The notes under the pieces: generated by a model
The model's database searches: none
The model's input: only the letters and a program-made list of their open reading frames with translations
What the model was told of the DNA's origin: nothing
Assembly (NCBI GenBank): GCA_012295275.1
Contig: CM022677.1
Location: 9,982,001 to 10,046,000 of the forward strand
Reading direction: 5' to 3'
Source: Chrysomallon squamiferum
Taxonomy: Eukaryota > Animalia > Mollusca
Length of the DNA: 64,000 bases
Shown: positions 37,631-51,783 of the stretch, piece after piece
How positions within the stretch are numbered: the first letter of the stretch is position 1
How the letters are laid out: each line of letters begins with the position of its first letter
Program-made: the position numbers and the translations under genes

Positions 37631-40384
37631 AAATAAACGGTGTTGTTATTTTTTTCCCCTACTTTCTTTCTTCTTCTTAATTTACCAAATGCACCAAATA
37701 AAATCACAAAGCTTAGAATTCACACTACAATAAGTTGCTTATTATTGTCCAGGAATTTACCAAGGTTTGATAGAGGTCTGAAAAAAACAGTTCATAATGT
37801 TTGAACCTATTCTATCATCTGTTATCAGTAAGAAAGCAGAAACTAATCAAATGAAGGGTATATTCACCTTTTCTGGTGTCTTTTCCTGGCGTGCTGAAAT
37901 GTTAAATAAAAAAATGAAAGTAAATATGTTTTAATATATTTGTGAAATTTCAGTTGTTCTGTGGTAACATTTCTTTTGATTATTAATATTAGTGTGTTTG
38001 TTTAAAACTGTATTAAAGAGTGATTAATGTGAATCAAGTGAAAAGTGACACAATGTAATGAAATAATGAGTCAAGACAAATACATTTATTTTGTTAAATG
38101 TCTAAGTACATGAAAATTAACAATGATAAAATATTTTATTACAGTATATATCTATTGTGTTAGGGTCTGTAAAGATAAAAACTTCAAAACAAGGGTAAAT
38201 AAATAAATAATAATAACAAGCAATAAAATAAAACACACACACAACACACACACACACACACACACACGCTCCAATACCTAACTAACATTTATGTTTATAA
38301 CAAACAGGAAAGTAAAAAAGATATGTACTTAAGTAAGAAAAAAGAGAGTTTCGTGTGGCTGACTCAGGTTTGGATTTAATGTGCTTGCCTCCCATAGGCT
38401 AAAGAAATTTTACCGCCCCCTCCTCAAGGCTCAAGTCCCCCTCACCCTTCCCACTTAGTTTATATAATATGAATAGTTATAACTTATGATCTAGTTGAAA
38501 GGAAAAACCTGGATTTACATTACATAATGATTTATTTATAAATCTAATGTGAAAATAGGAATTTACTGCGCTTTTCAGCCATTGATCCAAATGTAAAATG
38601 ACGAAACTATTTTCAACTAAAGATTTCCAGTGATGTAGAAAGATCGGCGGGGAATATAAATATGTCGACTAGAAATTCTATCTTGAGAAAATTTCAAACC
38701 CAACGTTAGGCCTATAATTCCTATAAATATATGTAACTACCGTCAATGTTTTCACATACACACACTCACGCACAGTCATATACTAGGTCGGTTTTAAGCC
38801 AAGATATGTGTTTATAATATCACGATCATAATCAGTTTAATGTGAAGAAGTAATTCTTCTAGTACTTCATATAGTATATTATTTGTTTTAAGAGACAACT
38901 CTAGGTGTTATTTAAGAAGCTTTCCAAGACAACTTCGAAATGTAATATTTGTAATTATCAGCATAATTTTTAATCAACCTTAGAAAAAGAATGGGTAATA
39001 ATGAAGGCAAAATAGGCTATAGACACACACACATTTATGTTTGTTTTTATGTATTTATGCATATATTTAAAATTTGAAAACGCTTTGGCTTAGGAACTTT
39101 ATTTGATTTTAAAAAATAATCATTTTCTAATTTCATTCGAATTTATTTCATCTGATTAACAGAGCTTTAAATCCAAGTCGTTAGTTCTCCGCTGGTTTTT
39201 ACCAAACATTTATTCATCTACATAAAACATTTTAAAATAGTGAACAGAAGTATTCGGGATTGTACAGATATACACTTCTAGAACAAAACATTTATAAATA
39301 TATTTAAAACATTTCAAAAACTGTTTACATAGTATCCTTTTTTCTTCTTTTTTTGTATCTATAAATAAAAGTGCAACCTCTCAAAATAGGTTTCTTACAA
39401 AAACACTATCCGACACACACACACACACACGCAGGTTTCATCAATCTATCTATATTTTTAATATTATGTATACATACATTCATATACGCATAACACACAC
39501 ACACACACACACATCGTTATTCATTAACAATTGTTTTGAGGCTGATGGAAAGATACCTCACTGGCTGTTACACCGTTTCTATTACCAATGTTATATATCT
39601 TTTAGCATTTTTTGTCCCCATTATTTATTTATTTATTTACCTCTTTCATTGACAATATCTGAACAAAAATTAGTTTGTTTAGTTGTGTTCTGTAATATTA
39701 TTAAAACAGATTATAATAACAATGCTACTGTCACAGATAGCGAGCTCGTTTGTATTATTATTGCTATTATTTAAAATTGTCACTTACCTTTTTCTTTTAA
39801 CCATATTTTGTTTTGCTGCGAAGTCGATGTCTTCTGCTGTAGCAACAGACACGATTTCGTTGAATCCAACTCTTTTTTCTGTTTTCGATCCTATTTTGTA
39901 TACACAAGAATGTATATCGCCAAGTATAAGAATATCTTTTTTTTTCTATGAAAGAGTTCGCATCATTGAATGACGTTGTATGTAATGTTACAGTTGTCTT
40001 TCTTTTACCTGGCTGCTATATTTTATTCCTGAATATTCACTGTACATTGTACACAACTAGAAATATTAAGATGAATATCACTTCTTATATAACTAATTAT
40101 TTGCTAATAATTCAAGTGTAACCTCAGCTTTTAAATACACACCAGTCTAGAAAAAGAAAAATCAATATTTAATTGTCAGTTCCATCTGAGGTGCAGCTAA
40201 AAACTAATCCTGATTTTGCTAGTAACAGAGAATTGGAAGCTGTAAGGCCTCTTTATTTCTGAATATCTCAACTATCCTTCTTGAATGTGATGATATTTAG
40301 TTAGTTATACGACAAATTGTACTGAAAATTACAGGTATGATTTCACTGTAAACCTTCAGAAATATAGATGGAGCTTCCGTGTTG

Positions 40385-40612
40385 TAATTTTTTTTTAAAT
40401 AACAGTAGCTTTATATGTGACGTCAAAAATATATCGAGAAATAAAGAGAGCGCATCTAGTGTAACATTTTATAAAAACCAGAACATGTTTCACTGAAAAA
40501 ATAGAATTAACTTTACACGGCCTTATGAAAACAACAGTTTTAACGTCGCTATCACTCTCTATATTAAATCTCATTAGTGTCTCAACAGAGGTGTGGCGTT
40601 AATAGTAACATC
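40385..40612 (-). repeat. Inverted copy of the 16330/17325 module
   Basis: aacagaggtgtggcgttaata (40584-40604) matches rc of tattaccgctacgcctctgtt; aaataacagtag...aaaaatatatcgaga matches rc of 16577-16615. Confidence 0.75.
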
Positions 40613-41750
40613 GTCCTTATGAATATAAGCAGCTTAATTACCTGTAAAAAGAAAAAGGTGAGAATTAATTGCTCGTTGAGTGGTGATATTTTGAGTTTGT
40701 AGGTAAGTATGTTGAGAAATATTAATCTCATATTTTATTAATATTGTACAGGTGTTACATTTAAACATTTCACGACAGTTTGTACTGATTAGCTGAGAAC
40801 AAACATGGTTAACATGTTCTTTTATTATGTGAAATTTAATTTTTTCATTACATTCATCAGCGCAAGTTGTATATTCTTTAAATTTCTGATTACACATTAG
40901 ATATTAATATAACCTCTCCACCAGTATATATAAATATATCAGTGGAGCAGAATACTTATTTGTCAGTCCTCTAATAGTCAACAGGCAAGTAACAGCAATA
41001 TAGTGCCTTCTCGCTGATTTTTTCAAATATATTTTTTAATTTAATTTATTTTTCTGTAAAAACGGAAGCTTCCTATATATATTTGGCGCTATTCTCTTAG
41101 TTTCATTAGAACTGTTCTTATTTTTCAATGTACTGTGTTAATATTACCGCTTCACTTTTACTATCAATATACTGATTTCTATACCTAACAACATTACCGA
41201 AGAGTTCCTAATTTTCATTGATAACTGTACACAGCATTTTAATAATTAATTTTTAATGATTTGGTTATAATTTTAAAATTAATATTTCGTATAAAGACTG
41301 ATATTTAGATGTTGAGCGGATATATAAAGCTTCTATCTTACGTTAACATCTCAAAATTATTATAAATATATCGTTAATGCCGGTTATAATAAAATGATTC
41401 CTTTTTCTGAGGCCTAGAATTGTTTTTGATCAGAGGACTGGTAAATTCATTAAAAAAAAACTAAAAAAAACAAAACAACCCCAAACCAAAACAAAAATTA
41501 TAGGTATTGCTTAATATCAAGACATACTGAGAGGTTTTCTTTTATTTGTTAATGATCATATTAGAGTTTATAAAAAGAGAACGTGATACTGAGGCCCCTG
41601 TCTTGAAGTCGCTGGAGGAACTGGTAAGGTGGCTTCAAGGCAGAAAGTGGGGAGACAGACCTGCTGAATGTCTTCACTTGAATTCGTCATCGGAAGCCAG
41701 AATGCGGAACAGAGAATGGAACCGACCTGTTCAGACTCCTGACTTGTACG

Positions 41751-41751
41751 T

Positions 41752-41823
<72 letters not shown>
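41751..41823. repeat. (GT)n microsatellite
   Basis: Long GT run. Similar SSRs occur at 6466-6520 (CT), 36239-36283 (GT), 43508-43555 (CA) and 44078-44139 (GA). Confidence 0.95.
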
Positions 41824-41826
<3 letters not shown>

Positions 41827-42892
41827 ACATATCTAAACGATACACACTCGGTCTTGATGAGAGACTGCATCTGCATGGACGTGAAGCATTTGACGGGAGA
41901 TCTCGCGCAGCTGTTGCAGAAATGGGTTGTTTTGTTGTTTTCTTATTAAATTTATATGTCCAGTTTTTCAAACTCGGAACAAGCAAGGTATGCAGACCTG
42001 GACATGCAGGTTGTACAAATGGATCAGATGTTTTAATTCAGTGTGGAGTGAGTGGGACAACTAACTGTGTCTGTAGTGAAATCTTTCTGATGGGCATATG
42101 AGTGTACGCAGAGATTCCAGATCTCGCCAAGCAAAACTAAACTTTGTTATTAATCAAATAAACTGAAGAATCATGGATATACAGTCAGATTTTATTTAAG
42201 CTGTTTTTTAATATTTCTGAAGTTAAACTTTAATCTGAACTCAGGTTTTGGTTATTTGTTTGGATGTTCTACAAAAGGAGTTATTATTATTATTATTATT
42301 ATTATTGTTATTGTTATTTTGTTTTTTATTTATTTATTTATTGTTTATAATATTTAATCATATCAAAATATACTTATTTATATCAGAATGTATTTGTCTT
42401 ATTTGCTACCATTTAACCATATACTAACCTTTTAATTAGCGGTTCTATTTTTTAAAATCTTCAGAAATGAAATATATATTATAATTTTCTGCAAGGTTAA
42501 ATACATACATTTAATTCTGTCTGTGTGAAAATGTAAAATTATCCTATTTACATTTTTCTGAATATGTATGTGTGAATAAAATGCCTTTTGTAAACTGTGA
42601 ATGTGTAAGAAATGACTGAATTTTTTTTACTGAAATGTACGCAGCAAACTAATAGAATACATTCCATATATCAACTCCTGTCTTTTGTTTATTGAGACTA
42701 CTGAAGTCGAGATTAATAAAGCGTACTTTTTATATTACACCTTGTCGCTAGACATCTGTCGCCAGATCATTCTGTGAAACAAGAACCCGTAACACCCACC
42801 ACTCCCGAGCTGATAATTAATCCTGCAATTCCTCCGCTTTTCATGATACAAGTGACATTTTACAGGCAGAATTTAAAGCAACTGTAAACACT

Positions 42893-42937
<45 letters not shown>

Positions 42938-43503
42938 ACATTTATGTAATAAGTAAATAAACTGCCAGTGTAAGTTAATAAATAAATTTCTCTTTAACCA
43001 TCCATAAAACACTTGTACGGGAAAATATTCGATGATAAAATTAAATATTTTCTTTTTACTTCGCTACCCGCTTTTGGTCTGTATTGAATTAATTTTTTAA
43101 TACACTGATGGCTGCGTGTGTTCAAAACGTGACTAAACAGGGTCAAGTATGTTTCACCTCGGTAAACAAATAGAATGTAAACTTCTGTGACGCTGAACAT
43201 ATACACTATGAACACTGACGTGTCAATTCGTATACCTGATTAAATGCCATCTTATTTTTATGTCTAATAGTTGTGTATTATTTTTTATCGTATATGTGTG
43301 TGTTGTATATGTCTATGTGTGTGTGTATATATGTGTGTGTTGTGCGTGTATGCGTTTCTGTGTGTTGTGCTTGTATGTGTATATGTGTGTATGTGTGACT
43401 TAAAACATCTTCCTGTTATTCATCGTGATAATAATGTTTATAATAAAGATCCCAAACTTTAAAAAGAAAAAACATAAATAAATAATATATAATTAATGTG
43501 AGT

Positions 43504-43559
<56 letters not shown>

Positions 43560-43844
43560 ATTACAACTAACACGTATGTAAATATATTTTATTACTTGTA
43601 GGTTAGGATTATGGACTGAGCGAGATAAATATCAGTACATAAATGTTAATATCTGAATTTACTTTCCATTATTAGATCGGGAAATAAATTTGATTAAATT
43701 TATATTATAATATGTTAGATCCGGAAATTAGTTTAATACCAATTAGTTTTATTTAGTTAGTTATTTAGTTATTCAATACTAATTATTTTTATTTTTTCAT
43801 TTATTGAGAAACTGTTCACTTACCTCCTCATAAACGTCGGAGAT

Positions 43845-44072
43845 TTTCTTTTGTCATTTCGACCTTTCCTTTTCTGCCCCGCTCTAATGTATAACATCAT
43901 TTACATTTATTTAAAATAAATAAATATATAAATACATAAGTAAGTAAATAAATAAATAAAGTACAAATAAAAGCAAGAAATCAATTTAATAACACTGACA
44001 GAAAATAATAACTTTTACTTACTGAGATGTGTTACGCACACACACACACAGACACCTATGCAGGTGTATGTC

Positions 44073-44143
<71 letters not shown>

Positions 44144-47100
44144 ATATTAATCTCTGTTATTAAAATAATAAATGCTTTAAATGTTTCAGATTTACAATAT
44201 TACTTGTAGTTTGCGTGTATTTGTGATAATTTTAATAAAAGTGACACTTAAAAGACTGCATCTTTTCTCTCATTTTTACTTGAATGAACATGACATTGTC
44301 AAACACTTAAGAATTGCTCTCTCTCATTCATGCATGGAAACAAATAGTCAACTAATGAAATATATATATATATCTGTGTGTGTGTATATATATCCTGATT
44401 TGCATTCGTACAGTTTATTTATATATCTTAACAAATACAATGTGAATGCAGTTAAATAAAATAACAAAATAACGATTTTCAATATATATTAAGAGAAAAG
44501 GCTAACGTAATAAATAAAATAAAGTAATCAAATTAAAAATTACTTCAGTTAAGTCATATTATCAAGAATATCTAGAAAATTTACAGCACAGTCAGCCAAA
44601 TTAAAATACCAGGATCGGTTAATAAACGATGGATGGCCCTGGCTACTACAACTAAAAATAATAATCATTTACAGTTTTTGTGGAACTGTCATAAAGAAGT
44701 ATATATTTCATAAATAAATCAAATTAAATAAAAATGAGCAAACGAACGAACAAAATGGCGACTGAACTAACGAGGGAACCAAAAAAAGAGAAAAAATTAA
44801 ATACAAAAAATACTGAAAATAAACATGAAAATGGAAGCAAAACTAAAACTGTCACAACACAACTAAAGGCGTTATTATCACTGATGTTGTTTTTGTGTCG
44901 TTGCTTTTACCGTTCAAACTGTTATCGTTATTATTTCTTTATTGTTACTTTTATTATTATAATTATTATTATTGTTGTTGTTGTGGTTGTTGTTATTAAT
45001 CCTATTGTCCTTGTTGTTGCTATTGTTGTTGTTGTTATTATTAATAGTATTATCATTACTGTATGACGCATTGTATAACATGTTCTGTTCACAGATAAGA
45101 AGGATGTTCTTTGACCCCCTCTCTCATTACTACGTACAAACAACAAAACTTAGTAACTGATATCTCAAAAACGTGACTAGATACTAAACTGGATACCTCA
45201 CTGGGGATCTGTAAACTCGTCTTTTAAATCTCGGTTATAAATCATATTTCGTTTTTTCTTATCTATGCACGCTCGAGTTAGTTGGAGTAAGGGACTGATT
45301 CACAATAATCAAAGAGGAGGGGAACAGGGCCGGTACTGAGAGTTCAGTATTTTTAGGATGAGGAGCAGAACCATATATTTTTGTTTCCTTTTTGTTTTAT
45401 TTATTTATTTATTTTACGTTCATTTTGATTTCAGTTTTCTAAGACTTCGTAACCTTAAGCCGAGAGAAATGCTAAAAATACATATTGTGACGTCATCTTT
45501 CTAAAATAGATTACAATACATATCACTTTCACACACACACACGCGCGCGCCCGCGCGCGCGCTGCGTAATATTTGTGGTTGCCGTTAAAAATTAAAACTT
45601 TTTTTTTTTATGTTTACTGTCAGTTTTCATTTAGTGCAGTAAGAATCAAAAACATTTTGAGATTTTTGCATATCTTGGTAATTATCTGCAAGGACTACAG
45701 TGCCATCGGCTTTGAGTAAAATAAACAGGACAATTGATGGATGTATCAAAGAATCACTGACCAATTCATACATTTTAAGATACAACGAGAATAGTAAAGG
45801 AGATCAATTTTTCCCTTGTCTGATACCCACACAGGGGAAATAGTCTGTTAATAAGTTATGACACAAGATTTAATATTTTGATACATATTGTAAATTACCT
45901 GGAAACACTTACAATTTATATCATTTTGAATTATTTTCTCCCAAAGTCCGATTCTCCACATTGAATCATCAACTAATGAGATCAAATACGTTTTCGGAAA
46001 GCTGCGATAACATCATATCAAGTTTTGTATATATCGAGGATGCAATTGTATTAAAAAAAAAAAAAAAAAAAATTCTTAAAACTACTATTTTCTATATCAT
46101 GAATACCCGCTTAAATACTTTTTTCTTTCTTTTTTTCCGATGTCTAAGTTTTACTGAAATAAAAACTGAATTACAAATTCTCAGATTTTTCCATGAAATA
46201 AAAACTGAATTACAAATTCTCTGCCAATCACTGAAATAACTTCGCTTAGTATGTATTGAACTGTCTTTTATTTTAAGTATATAATTATCAAGGTTTGGTC
46301 CAGAAAACCACAAAATTCTGAAACTGGTTCCCGAGCTATATCGATAACTGGTCTGGAATCTGTATCGGAAATGAAAACCCTAGAGATATCTATTCATTAC
46401 ATAATAATCTATATAAGTAAAACTTAATATACAATTTTATCATGCACATTCACATCTCTGTTTCAGCAATAAACAAAGTAACAGTTTCTTTTACGTTTTT
46501 ATCAGTTACCTTTGTTAGTTGTTGTAGTAGTCATACGTGTAGTACGTGTTGTAATAGATTCGTGGTAAGTGTTGCAGTTGTCCTAGAAACAGTAGTAGAT
46601 GTTGTAGTTCTTATAGTGTCAGTATTAGTTGTTGTAGTAGAATTTAGTTACTACAGTAGCAGTTGTTCTAGTAGTTGTAGTTGCAGTATTTGCTTTTGTA
46701 GTGGCTGTTTTAGCATTATTCGTTGTATTATCAGTAACATTACTGTGTTTTAGTAGATACATTTCTCTTCTGTATGCTACCTGTAGACAATTTTAGTAAA
46801 GTAATAATTATTGTATAGACTTAAGATAGTGTGGTCCATAGAGAAACTAGAAAGCAACTGTAAACACTAGAAAACAAAAATATTTATTAATTTGTCAGTC
46901 TAAGCTGTCTTCTCTTGCACTTTGATTTCGATTTTTTCTTTTATATCTACAGGAATCTTTGTAATCTTTGCACAGTCCGGTGAACCCTTTTATGAAATGG
47001 AGGTTGCTGAACCTCGAAATTCTGACCTTGCATTGACAAGGTTAGATATTTTTCTCACTTGTTTTGGTTCTTTCATTTTGCAGTGAAAAAAAAAAATGGA

Positions 47101-47790
47101 AATGGAGAAGCAGAAGAAAAAAAAACTCCTTTGTCATTTCGACCTTTTCTTTCCTGGGGAAACAAATATGTGTGTGTGTATAAATTTTCAACAGGAAAGA
47201 AGAGGTCAAAATGACAATATGTATATATATATATTTGTCGTTTCGACCTCTTCAGTTAACAGATATATAGATAGACAGCTATAAAACAAAACAATGCGTT
47301 TGTAACAAAAAACAAAGAGAAGCGGCAACCTGTGTTAAAATAAATTACGTTTATTTTTTAAAATTTATAGATGATGCTGTAGATAAACTGAGTGCGAATC
47401 AGCTGCATATTATCACCACATTTCATATAATAATCATTATCGGGAAATCAATTTAATTATACTGTCATCAAATAATAATTTTACTTAGTGATATTTGTTT
47501 CACACACACACCCACACACCCACCCACACACCCACCCACCCACACACACACGTATATTCAAGTGTATCTCAGAGAGAGAGAGAGATTAGATAAAAAAAAA
47601 AAAAATTATTATAATTTACAATTACAATTATGCTTATAGTTTGCGTATATTTGTGATGTTGTTTTATTTTTAATATCTCTCTTGTGTCCACTGAATGAAC
47701 CTGACATTATCAAACATTGAAGAACTCTCTTTCACGCATAGAAACAAACAGTATGTTTAGATTAGTCAATTAATGAAATATATATAATTA
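43845..47790 (+). repeat. Diverged direct repeats (43845-44375 vs 47125-47790)
   Basis: ttgtcatttcgacctt at 43851 and 47131. agtttgcgt(g/a)tatttgtgat...tgaatgaac(a/c)tgacatt(g/a)tcaaaca at 44208-44306 and 47638-47716. Also aaagcaactgtaaacactagaaaaca at 42875 and 46851. Confidence 0.75.
45580..45967 (-). mobile_element. Reverse-transcriptase fragment of a CR1/L2-like LINE
   Basis: Minus strand: DSMWRIGLWEKI...IYNMYQNIKSCV...VGIRQGKN*SPLLFSLYL...LFILLKADGTVVLA (degenerate YADD)...YCTK*KLTVNIKKKKVLIFNG. Confidence 0.88.
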
Positions 47791-47835
47791 GTTTAAAACC
47801 ATGTATATAGATATTTATCTTTGTAAACAAATTCT

Positions 47836-47891
<56 letters not shown>

Positions 47892-48957
47892 CTTTGTAAT
47901 TAATTCTGATATATATCTATATATGATTACATTATATATGTATGTATGTATGTATGTTTGTTTATTTATTTATTTTAAATACAATGAAATAAAGCTATAT
48001 AATATAGAGAAGGGATATATATTATTATTATTTTATCACTTCTCAGTATACGTGACTAAAATCATATATTCACCTTGTATGCTGTTTTTCATTATTATAG
48101 TTTATTTATATATATTGCCAGTTCACTATTCAAGGTTAAACAAGATTCAATTTTGGCGGCAAAATGTATTATCTTTATCTGTCCCGCTATGTCTATTATT
48201 ACCAAATGTGTGATAGACTCTAACCAACATTTTATAAATTAATTTAATACATAAACTATGTTAAGGTAGATGTTAATTTTAATCCTGTTTACTTTACCAC
48301 AAGAATTAAAGAATTTAACGATTTTTTTTTTTTTTTTTTTTTTTTTTTTATCAGAAGAAACAAAAGTTTTATTAAATTTCAAAGCTACTACCCCTTCTTT
48401 ACATGAATTGGTATCTTCCCCTCACAAAGTTTAAAATAACATTTTCAAAGTCAATTCTACGATTACTTTATCGTGCGAGGTATGTGATTTTCAAGTAAAG
48501 TAGCTCGTCACATGCGAGAAACGATTTCTTTTCTAGTGGTGTGCTAAATTAACTTGCAGCATTCATGGATACTCACGTTTAGTTTGTTAGTGATTTTTTT
48601 TTGTTTGATTTTTTCGTTGCTTCATACAATTTGTTACAGCCGACATCGTTTATCACATTAGTTTTGTCTGCCCGCTATTTACAACAGACTGTCGTCTTCC
48701 TTCTCAAATTAACAGTGAAGTCACAAGGTTAAATTTAGCAAGTTCGTAATGCACTTTTATTTTACAAATAAGACTACATAAATAAACAAACAGTTTATTT
48801 AGTGCATTTATAATATGATCTTATGTTACGTTCGCAAGTTCATATATTTATCATTTCATTTATTTATTTGTATATACCATTGGTCGTATGAATTAAGTGG
48901 AATTAATATGTAATTTTTACCTCCAGTCAGTTGTTTTCAATTATTATTATTATTAAT

Positions 48958-49005
<48 letters not shown>

Positions 49006-49027
49006 ATTATTATTATTGTTCACAGAT

Positions 49028-49304
49028 ATGGCAACAGCTTCAAACTCCGATGACAGTATTTCGTGCTGTCTGTGTCTGGACATTTTCGACAGTCCGAGAG
49101 TTCTTTCATGTGGACATTCGTTCTGCTCTAAATGCCTGCAGAATTACATCAGCAAAAGATACCATAACAACGACACAGAAATCACCTGCCCGTTCTGCAG
49201 GCAGAATGTCCAAATTCCAGACAGCACGAAACCAGTGGAAACATGGGCAGCTCAATTCTCTATAAACAAGTCACTACTGGACAAAATAGAACATTCAAAG
49301 TTTT
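49028..49304 (+). CDS. TRIM-like E3 ligase, coding exon 1 (C3HC4 RING)
   Basis: An acceptor cacag at 49021-49025 precedes the ATG at 49028. Translation: CCLCLDIFDSPRVLSCGHSFCSKCLQNY...ITCPFCRQ. Donor gtgagt at 49305, phase 1. Confidence 0.85.
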
Positions 49305-49541
49305 GTGAGTCAGCAGTGTTGTGTTTAAATTAATACTTACAATAATAATATTTTTTAAAAATAATAAAATACAGTGATTATTTAACTGAAAATATTTATG
49401 TCGTGTATTAACCTATCGCAGCATAAAGAAATAGAGGACATTTTATTTATAACATTTTTCTACTCATATTTTACATTTAGTTGATAAAATAAATTCTATA
49501 ACTCACTGTATGTATATCTTTATTAATAGTAATACTAGTTC

Positions 49542-49625
<84 letters not shown>

Positions 49626-49631
49626 TTTCAG

Positions 49632-50233
49632 CTCAAAAGGGAGGTCACATTTCAATTCTGAGATCTGTTTCTGAAAGTCTCAAAACCTTTAAAGAAATTC
49701 TTCAGACAGAGATGGATTATAAAATTGAACAACTTCGCCAAGCCGTCGATATCAACGTCATGGACACCACAGAAGAAGTCAGAAGGATTGGTAACAAACT
49801 AATAACAGATTTTACAGCCGCAGTCCACAAAGAACAAGACAGGTTAATAAGGGAAATAGAAAAATCTCAGAACTTTGTAAACTCAGAAATAGAAAAACTG
49901 TTTACTGAACATAAACATCTGATTGAAGAAAACGAAAAAATGATTACACTAGGTAAAGATTTGTTACAACGTGAATCAGAGGCAGAGATAAAAATAAATA
50001 TTTCAAAATTCACCAAACTTCAAAAAACAACTTCCAAGTTTCTGTCCAAATCTGTTTCCCGAATAGAAAATTCAGAGTTGAAAATAAATCTGATAAAATC
50101 TGATAAAATTCCAGAAATGTCAGTCCACCTTGGAGAAATATCCACAAATGTCCAAACAGACACACAGATAGACACTCTCAAAAATACACACACACCATTA
50201 ACACAAAAACACAACACACAGACACACAGATAG
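49632..50233 (+). CDS. TRIM-like E3 ligase, coding exon 2 (coiled coil), ending at a premature TAG
   Basis: Acceptor tttcag at 49626-49631. The phase-1 splice keeps frame with ORF 49712-50233, giving a 292-aa RING plus coiled-coil product. Confidence 0.75.
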
Positions 50234-50299
50234 ACAGACTAACAGACACACTCAAACACACACACACCATTGACACTAAATCACAAGAAGATAAAAAAA

Positions 50300-51022
50300 T
50301 CCTTTTCTGGTTTCCATGCTGGTGTCAGGTGCAGACAAAAGTAAAATTGTTGTTAGTGATTATAACAATGTCTGTGTAAAATATTTTTGTTTAGAAAGAA
50401 AATCACTGATAAAAAGATACTAAACTTCGTCTCCACCATGGGGTCTTGCTGAATCACGTGATCAGCGGGGTGATGTTGTTGTTGTTGTTGCTCTGCCAGA
50501 TGAAAGTAAAATATTGTTTTTAAATTTGGAAAACTTCAAACTGGTAAAAACAGTTAAAACTGTTGAAGGGTATCGGTATATCGCTGTGTTACCTGGCAAC
50601 CGTCTCGCGGTCACTGAGTGGTGTAATCAGTGCTTGGACATACTGACAGGCAGTGGTCAGCTCATTAATTCTATCTCAACAGATTTGATCCTCCAACCGT
50701 CGTATCTCACAGTTCATGATCAATGTCTGATTGTTGTGTCAGATGAAAACAGTTTAATTTGTGTGACGTCAAATGGGAGTCACGTGATTCAGACAAACTC
50801 AGAGACTTGAGAGGTGTTATCTGTGACAGGGAGGGAAATATTTTTGTTTGTAGTGAAGAAAGAAATTGTGTTGTTCATTTGTCACGAGATGGTAACATTA
50901 CACATGACATCCTTACTGACCAGGATGGACTGTCCAGTCCTTGGTGTGTCTGCTGTGATGACAACAAACTCTACGCGGAAACGAACAATGAAATCAAAAT
51001 ATTTACTTGGTGTAAAAAGTAA
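50300..51022 (+). pseudogene. Disrupted NHL-like beta-propeller of the TRIM gene
   Basis: IVVSDYNNVCVKYF, PPWGLA, YIAVLPGNRLAVTE, QPSYLTV, LRGVICDREGNIFVC, GLSSPWCVCCDDNKLY. There is an in-frame TAA at 50421-50423 and a frameshift at ~50780. Confidence 0.85.
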
Positions 51023-51744
51023 ACTTCAAACGGTCTGCTAACTTAGTTTCACTTAAGTGTTTTGAAGTTGAAAGTCCACAGACATTTCTTTTTTTACATC
51101 AACTGATAAATAAACAGAAAATTAGTTATATTATTTAGTTACTTATTAACTTAATTAAGTAATTAATTCAGTTACTTCGTTTAATTTCATCTTTTTTTAT
51201 TTAATATTATAATAAATTCATTAATTCATTATTATTTTTTTAAATTATAATTATTTTTCTTTCTCGTTTAAAAATACTAAATAGCAAGATAAATTTCAAA
51301 ACAAAATGAGATTTACTTTTAACATTTTCACCCAGCTCTCTCTCTCTCTCTCCATACATGTAAGCTATTGTTATTTTGCAGTTTATTTCAAGAAAGTGGT
51401 ATTAAAAATATATTTATACATCCAGTGCAATTAAAATAAAACTGAAATAAAATATTTGTATGATAAAAATAAAATTCTTCTATCATTATTTTATTTAAAG
51501 TTTAAAACTATTTTACATTGTTTCTTGATATTCACGTATATATCAATATGTCTGTCTGTGTGTAAAATATAATTAATGTGTATAATATCAATGTAGTACT
51601 CTTTTTATAAATTTATCATTAACAGCTAAAACAAATTATTATTTTGTTGGGTTTTTTTGGATGAGGGTTCCAAGTGTACTCAACTATTCTACTTTATTTT
51701 CTTCTTTTTATTTTGCCTGACGTGGAGAAGAAAAGATCTGTCAG

Positions 51745-51783
<39 letters not shown>

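Noticed and set aside
45289-45410. Possible MITE terminus (aagggactgattcacaat...gaggagggg)
   Set aside because: No matching opposite TIR or TSD was found by eye.
48959-49027. Poly-Leu signal-peptide-like extension of the RING ORF
   Set aside because: It is a (GTT)n/(ATT)n intron tract before the acceptor at 49025; the real ATG is 49028.
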